From Candidatus Obscuribacteraceae bacterium (GTDB taxonomy: Bacteria; Cyanobacteriota; Vampirovibrionia; Obscuribacterales; Obscuribacteraceae): DNA of 64,000 nucleotides. The notes under the pieces were generated by a model that was not told the origin of the DNA, did no database searches, and saw only the letters and a program-made list of their open reading frames with translations. Positions 58,128-64,000 of the stretch are shown piece by piece. The stretch's first letter is position 1. Each line of letters opens with the position of its first letter. The position numbers were made by a program, and so were the translations under genes. Location: positions 96,001 to 160,000 of the forward strand of contig JBGAHS010000001.1 of assembly GCA_044226015.1 (NCBI GenBank), written 5' to 3'.

Positions 58128-58645
58128 ATCAAATCCTCTGCGCTAATTTGTCCTGTATATAGAATGTTATAACCGTCTTGATTGCTTGCAACTGCCTGTC
58201 CGGGTTCTGGTATCCACTCCCAGTGTCTGACTATAGAAACTTCGACTGGTGGGTTGTTCGGATTTGCATGCAATCGTGCAATATAGCGAACTGCATCGGG
58301 CCAGAGATATGGTTTACTTTCATCGCTAACGCAGTCGTTGCTCCACCGGCGGTATCGTTCTTTGAACATTTTTTCAACAATTCCCAGTTTTTCCATTCGT
58401 GGGAATTCCCACTCTTTGGTGCTGCCATCTTTGAAAGCAATGGTTGCAGTAAGGTATCCGTTGTACTTTCTCGGCTTTTCGAAAACTGACCACCCTTGCC
58501 ATAACCCAAAGAAATTTAGATATCCAATGAATGGTGTAAGCAATTGATCACGCAGAGGACATGCGGGTGAATCCCAGAGAATGACACCAGTGAAGTGCCA
58601 TGCCAAAAACAGCAATATAAGGGGGCCGCGCACCTTCTTCCACAT
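58124..58645 (-). CDS. SdpA/DUF5819-like partner of the HTTM protein
   Basis: N-terminal TM, GLWQGWSVF motif, ERYRRW, ATGA overlap with the HTTM gene, GAGGAG RBS. Confidence 0.65.
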   Translation of the reverse strand: MWKKVRGPLILLFLAWHFTGVILWDSPACPLRDQLLTPFIGYLNFFGLWQGWSVFEKPRKYNGYLTATIAFKDGSTKEWEFPRMEKLGIVEKMFKERYRRWSNDCVSDESKPYLWPDAVRYIARLHANPNNPPVEVSIVRHWEWIPEPGQAVASNQDGYNILYTGQISAEDLM

Positions 58646-58937
58646 TAGAAGTCTCCTCGAAAGCCTGTCGCCTCAATACGATGCACTGTGACGGGGGGGG
58701 CGTTAATTTAGTTCCATAAAAAAACTGAGAAAAATTGCATATCGCTGAATATGGCAGCCGGAGAGCGTTCTGTTGTCATTAACAAGCACGCTAGTCAGTT
58801 ATCGTCGAAAGAAAAGGCGGAACCACATTGGTGTCTTCGCGTCCTCGCCTACGCAACGACATTTTCAAAATCGTTTGTCAGGCATCCGAACTACAGTACG
58901 AGCAGATCACTTTACGAGCAGAGTAAAAGGTTAGACC

Positions 58938-61900
58938 ATGTTTCGAAAAACTATTTGTATCATGTTCTCCGTGAGCATGTGCTCACCGCAGGCTGTCCTT
59001 GCACATGGTGCGGACAGTCACAATATGGCGTGTTCCCCAGGTGGACACCAACTTAGTTCGGGTGCTTCGCACTGTATGCGTGCGGTGCCCGTAGACATCC
59101 AGGCTGGAGCTCAAATTCAGTCGATGCAACGCGTGATGACGCCTCAGATACCGCAGGCGGTATCGCATGTGATGCCCCCAGTGGTAAGCAATCAGTTATC
59201 GCAAAACATTGCTAATCTTACTCAAAACACTGCAGCTACTGTTGCTACCCGCGCAAATGTTCCGACAAACCCCGCAATGACTGCGGCTTTGACTAACAAT
59301 ATTTGTACTGCCACCAACATAAATGCGTGTGCCACTCCAGTAAACGTCAATATTCATCACCACCATCAGATGCCAATGGCGGGAGTAATAAACCAGCTTC
59401 CTAGTTGTGCTCCGGTTACAAATGTTCTCTCACACATTCATGATCATTCTGCAGCATGTGATATTGCTTCCCATATTCAATGTTCGCCTGCAGCGCAGCT
59501 GGCTACCAGCAATGCTGTTGCAAGTGCTATGGCTCAAGTAGCCCCTAATGGAATCGGCGCTGTTGCTCCTGGTCTTCACCACCATGATGGACATGTTCAC
59601 GGATTGCCAGGCGTTAACGTGGGTCAGATGGCAAATTTACCATCGATGAACCAAAGTCTCATAAATACCGTTAGCCAGCTTTGTGCTGCACCGAACGTGG
59701 TGGCAGGACCTGGAGCGTGCCCAGTTGCTGTGCATATAAATGGAACGGGTGCAATAAATCATCAGCATAATGTTTCTCCTGTTGGTGCACTTCTCCATGA
59801 ACACCATAGCTCCGGTGTTGTGATTCCTGTTAATGGAGGACCTAACTGCGTTCTTCCAGGAGTGGCTCAGACCCACCACCATTTGCAAGGTGTGAATCTA
59901 GGCATGGGACTTGGACATCATCCTCAATTACCTTCGAATTGTGCTCCAGTTGCAATTAATTGTGAGCCACCAAAGAATTCGTGTCCGGTGCCACCAATTT
60001 GCTCGACACCAATCGAGCATGGTCATGGTGCGCACGGGCATCGACCTGGGTCGTTCGGAATACCAGGATTGCCAGGCGTAGGTGGACATGATCATGCTCA
60101 TCATCCAGGGCTGCCGGGCTTGCCTGGTTTGCCGTCTGGTGATGGTCACGATCATGGTCATCATACTGGAATTCCTAATTTGCCAGGACTTCCTGGTGGT
60201 GGCGGACACGGACGTGGTCATGATGATGGTGGCATTTGTTTGCCGAACTTGGCAGGTGGCATTGGGCACGAACACGACCATCATCCGGGGCATCCTGGTG
60301 TGCCTGGGCTGCCTGGCGGTACAGTGAACCTGCCACATCATGACCATAACGGATCATGTCAGCCTGTGATTCCTCCAGTGTGCTCGTCGCATCCAACGAA
60401 TCCGTCGCATCCAACTAGCCCTACTGCTCCGACGCATCCTTCTGAACCGACATGCACCACGGCACCGACCAGCCCAACGCACCCAACACATCCGACACAT
60501 CCGACATCGCCTACGCATCCAAGCTCGCCGACAAGTCCGACGCATCCAACACATCCGACGTCGCCAACGAGCCCGACGAATCCTACTGAACCAAGTTGTC
60601 CATCCGGACCAACGAGCCCGACAAATCCGACGCATCCAACACATCCAACCTCGCCGACGAGCCCGACGAATCCAACACATCCAACCTCGCCGACGAGCCC
60701 GACGCATCCAACACATCCAACCTCGCCGACGAGCCCGACGAATCCAACACATCCAACGTCGCCAACGAGTCCGACATCGCCAACGAGTCCAACGTCGCCA
60801 ACGAGTCCGACATCGCCAACGAGTCCGACATCGCCAACGAGTCCGACATCGCCAACGAGTCCAACTTCGCCAACGAGTCCAACTTCGCCAACGAGTCCAA
60901 CTTCGCCAACGAGTCCGACATCGCCAACGAGTCCGACATCGCCAACGAGTCCAACTGCCAACGAGTCCGACATCGCCAACGAGTCCGACATCGCCAACGA
61001 GTCCAACTTCGCCAACGAGTCCGACTTCGCCAACGAGTCCGACATCGCCAACAAGTCCGACATCGCCAACGAGTCCGACATCGCCAACGAGACATCGCCA
61101 ACGACATCGCCAACGAGTCCAACATCGCCAACGAGTCCAACTTCGCCAACGAGTCCAACTTCGCCAACGAGTCCGACATCGCCAACGAGTCCAACTTCGC
61201 CAACGAGTCCGACATCACCAACGAGTCCGACATCACCAACGAGTCCAACATCGCCAACGAGTCCGACATCGCCAACGAGTCCGACATCGCCAACGAGTCC
61301 GACATCGCCAACGAGTCCAACTTCGCCAACGAGTCCAACATCGCCAACGAATCCAACATCGCAACATCGCCAACGAGTCCGACATCGCCAACGAGTCCGA
61401 CATCGCCAACGAGTCCGACATCGCCAACGAGTCCGACATCACCAACGAGTCCGACATCGCCAACGAGTCCCACATCGCCAACGAGTCCAACTTCGCCAAC
61501 GAGTCCGACATCGCCAACAAGTCCGACATCGCCAACGAGTCCGACATCGCCAACGAGTCCGACATCGCCAACGAGTCCAACTTCGCCAACGAGTCCAACT
61601 TCGCCAACGAATCCAACTTCGCCAACGAGTCCGACATCGCCAACGAGTCCGACATCGCCAACGAGTCCCACATCGCCAACGAGTCCAACTTCGCCAACGA
61701 GTCCAACTTCGCCAACGAGTCCAACTTCGCCAACGAGTCCAACATCACCAACGAGTCCCACATCGCCAACGAGTCCAACTTCGCCAACGAGTCCGACATC
61801 ACCAACGAGCCCGACATCACCAACGAGTCCAACCTCGCCAACGAGTCCGACAAGCCCGGGTGGTATCACTTTGAACAATATTCCGGGATTGCAAATACCC

Positions 61901-64000
61901 TTCAATTTCATCACGCCAAATCAGTACGTCTTCATGGTCAACCAGACCAAAGAAAGTTACCTGGAGCACATCACCAACTCGCCCGCCGCTCGCACTGCAT
62001 TACTTAATGGCGGAGTTGTTCTAACAAAAGGACAAAACGTAGTTGAAGGCGGAGACAAAGGTGAGACTATTCACATGGATGTCGCCGATGTAGAAGTTCC
62101 ACCGCATGGAATGGTGGTCTTGCAAACCTCCGACAGCGCCAGAATAGGCGTAATATCTTTCACCGATATCGAGCGTGGAACTGTAACCATAAACATTCAC
62201 GGTCATGGCTCCTATCCGATTCCGAGTGGAGAGCAAATAGTCGTAGAAGTGCCTGCGAACGCCACTGTGTTCCGTGGCGATCGCCACAATCGACACAACA
62301 TCGCGACGAACAATCCAGCAATGCGCAATGATTCACGTGGACCAGCCATCGCCAGCAACAATGGCGTGATGAGAACTGACTCCATCGGACCAGCAAATAT
62401 TGCAAAACCTGACACCGTGATGCGCAATGATTCACGTGGACCAGCCATCGCCAGCAACAATGGCGTGATGAGAACTGACTCCATCGGACCAGCAAACATC
62501 GCAAATTCCAACACCGTAATGCGCAATGACTCACGTGGACCAGCAGTCGCCAGCAACAATGGTGTGATGAGAACTGACTCCATCGGTCCAGCAAATATTG
62601 CAAATTCCGACACAGTGATGCGCAATGATTCGCGTGGACCATCCATTGCCAGCAATGGCGTGATGAGAACTGACTCCATCGGACCAGCAAATATTGCAAA
62701 TTCCGACACGGTGATGCGCAATGATTCGCGTGGACCAGCCATCGCCAGCAAACGAACTGCCAAAGGAAATGGCGCGCCAGGTCCGAGTACCATCGCGGCT
62801 GCAAACAACATTGTGCGCAATGACTCTCGTGGACCGGCTGTTTCTCAACCAGCCACTCAAATGGGCAAGGCTGGACCGAGCACAATTGCCGCGGCAAATA
62901 ACGCTATGCGCAACGACTCTCGTGGACCCGTCGCAACTCCAAATGGAGTACCTCTGGACACGATTGCTAAGCAGCCATTATCGATTAACGGCGTTAGCGT
63001 CAACCGGCTAGACTCGGAAGGACCGGCGGTGCAGAAGCTACCGCAAGGAGTGAACAACTATCCGAACGGTTCCTCACTAATTGGCAGTATGCCTGGTGTC
63101 ACTATCAACGGTGCAGGCACTGCTGGTGGTGCGACCGAGCGGGTGGGCGAGATTGCTCCAATCGAAAATTCCACCGTTGCAGCACAAGTATTCCCACGAG
63201 GCGAGTATAAAGACTTGAACTACAAGACATACGCTGCTAGCGCCTCTGGAACGAAGCGATTGACTAACGGTACAGAGACAGACTTCACAATGACGCCGGA
63301 CTCAGCCGACGCTCCTAATAACAGAAAGGAGCGAAACGAGCAAATAGCCTTGCTCTCAGGTGAAGAGCCGGTGAAGACCCTTGAGGGTGAACTCACTGTA
63401 GACGAAGAAGTTCCGCAGATTATGAAAGCGATGGTGAAGATGCCGGAAGAAGTTCCGAAAGAACTCATCTGGAACACCACCTACCACCACTTTAGATACT
63501 GGCTGCCAATCCACAGGAATGGTGCCGTGGGAGGTAGTGAGGGCTGCGGAGTACGCGCTGCATCAATCGACCGCGGTGAAGTCACTGGCATGAACGATAG
63601 AAACAAGACGGGTATCATCTCATCGCAGGATAAGCTCAACCCAATCGCGTTTTCGTCATCACTGCCGCTGGCAGCTACGAATATTCGCCAGACCGTAGGC
63701 AGCATTATTGAGCAAGCTGAGCCATCCATTTACAGGATGCACACAGGAAACGCCCTTTTCGACGGTGCTCAAGCTTGCAATGTTGTCACTCCGCACGGCG
63801 AAGTCGTGATTAAGAAGGGGGCTGTTGTTCAGGTTTGCGTGACCCCACAAGTGACCTACGTCCGCAATTTATACGATAACTCCACACATGATGTAAGCAC
63901 TGTGGTGAACAACTACAAGCTCCAAGTTCACCCTGGTCAGGAAGTGGCAATGGTAAATGGTTCCAGAACTCGTGTTCGAGATATCGTTTACAACGACAGT
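58938..64000 (+). CDS. giant secreted His/Cys-rich, Pro-Thr-Ser-repeat protein with FecR-like domains; frameshifted in the repeat and 3'-truncated by the window
   Basis: Signal peptide. PTS frame restored by correcting indels at ~60956 (-2), ~61091 (-4) and ~61361 (-1). Manual translation from 61847 has no stop up to 64000. Confidence 0.8.
60390..61858 (+). repeat. 9/18-bp tandem array CCAACGAGT-CC(G/A)AC(A/T)TCG encoding (Pro-Thr-Ser/His/Asn)n
   Basis: Read directly. Heterogeneous PTH/PTN part runs to ~60750, then near-pure PTS. Confidence 0.97.
62321..62750 (+). repeat. 99-bp (33-aa) coding repeat, 4 full copies + partial
   Basis: ATGCGCAATGA at 62321, 62420, 62519, 62618 and 62714; unit MRNDSRGPAIASNNGVMRTDSIGPANIAxxDTV. 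Confidence 0.95.

Noticed and set aside
61362..61874. Arg-rich RQRVRH C-terminus and stop at 61874 as the real gene end
   Set aside because: Arises from a 1-nt loss at ~61361; the PTS frame continues into folded domains.
60354..61914. Minus-strand collagen-like (GLVGDV)n and (MSDSLA)n ORFs
   Set aside because: They are reverse-complement shadows of the PTS array. The plus strand has the signal peptide and flanking domains, and variation falls at its third codon positions.
62021..63850. Minus-strand ORFs (245 aa Cys/Trp-rich, 202 aa and others)
   Set aside because: Antisense to the long open plus-strand frame and its 99-bp repeat.
1..64000. tRNA, rRNA, integrase, transposase or prophage
   Set aside because: No such motifs recognised by eye; a tRNAscan/Rfam/ISfinder run would be needed to exclude them formally.

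Overview
Bacterial chromosomal window of about 50% GC. Gene content (AdhE, ABC1 kinase, ARC6-IMS protein, Hanks kinases, RHS proteins, giant low-complexity secreted proteins, no photosynthesis genes) suggests a non-photosynthetic cyanobacterial relative such as Vampirovibrionia/Obscuribacterales; this is inference only. Left end (1-6.2 kb): an RHS polymorphic-toxin locus. The main RHS runs in from the window edge, carries three inserted ~100-aa modules, and ends in a papain-like Cys-His tip. It is followed by a coupled signal-peptide immunity candidate and a decayed orphan RHS cassette with a different tip. Middle: hypothetical proteins, a B12 radical SAM/thioredoxin/ABC exporter run, and a 13.5-kb minus-strand cluster (phasin-like, ABC1 kinase, PP2C, FHA, Ser/Thr kinase-NHL, Maf, divergent AhcY, ARC6-IMS, M23, IPT). 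Then come arginase, a ~190-nt rod-like intergenic structure, a tandem double histidine kinase, STAS, AdhE, TPR and di-heme proteins. Right end (47-64 kb): two giant secreted proteins that share a FecR-like C-terminal domain flank a methyltransferase, a pseudokinase and an SdpA-like/HTTM (VKGC-like) gene pair. The second giant gene is His/Cys-rich, has Pro-Thr-Ser and 33-aa repeats, is frameshifted inside its 9-bp array, and continues off the window in a frame the ORF track misses. No rRNA, tRNA, CRISPR array or transposase was recognised.
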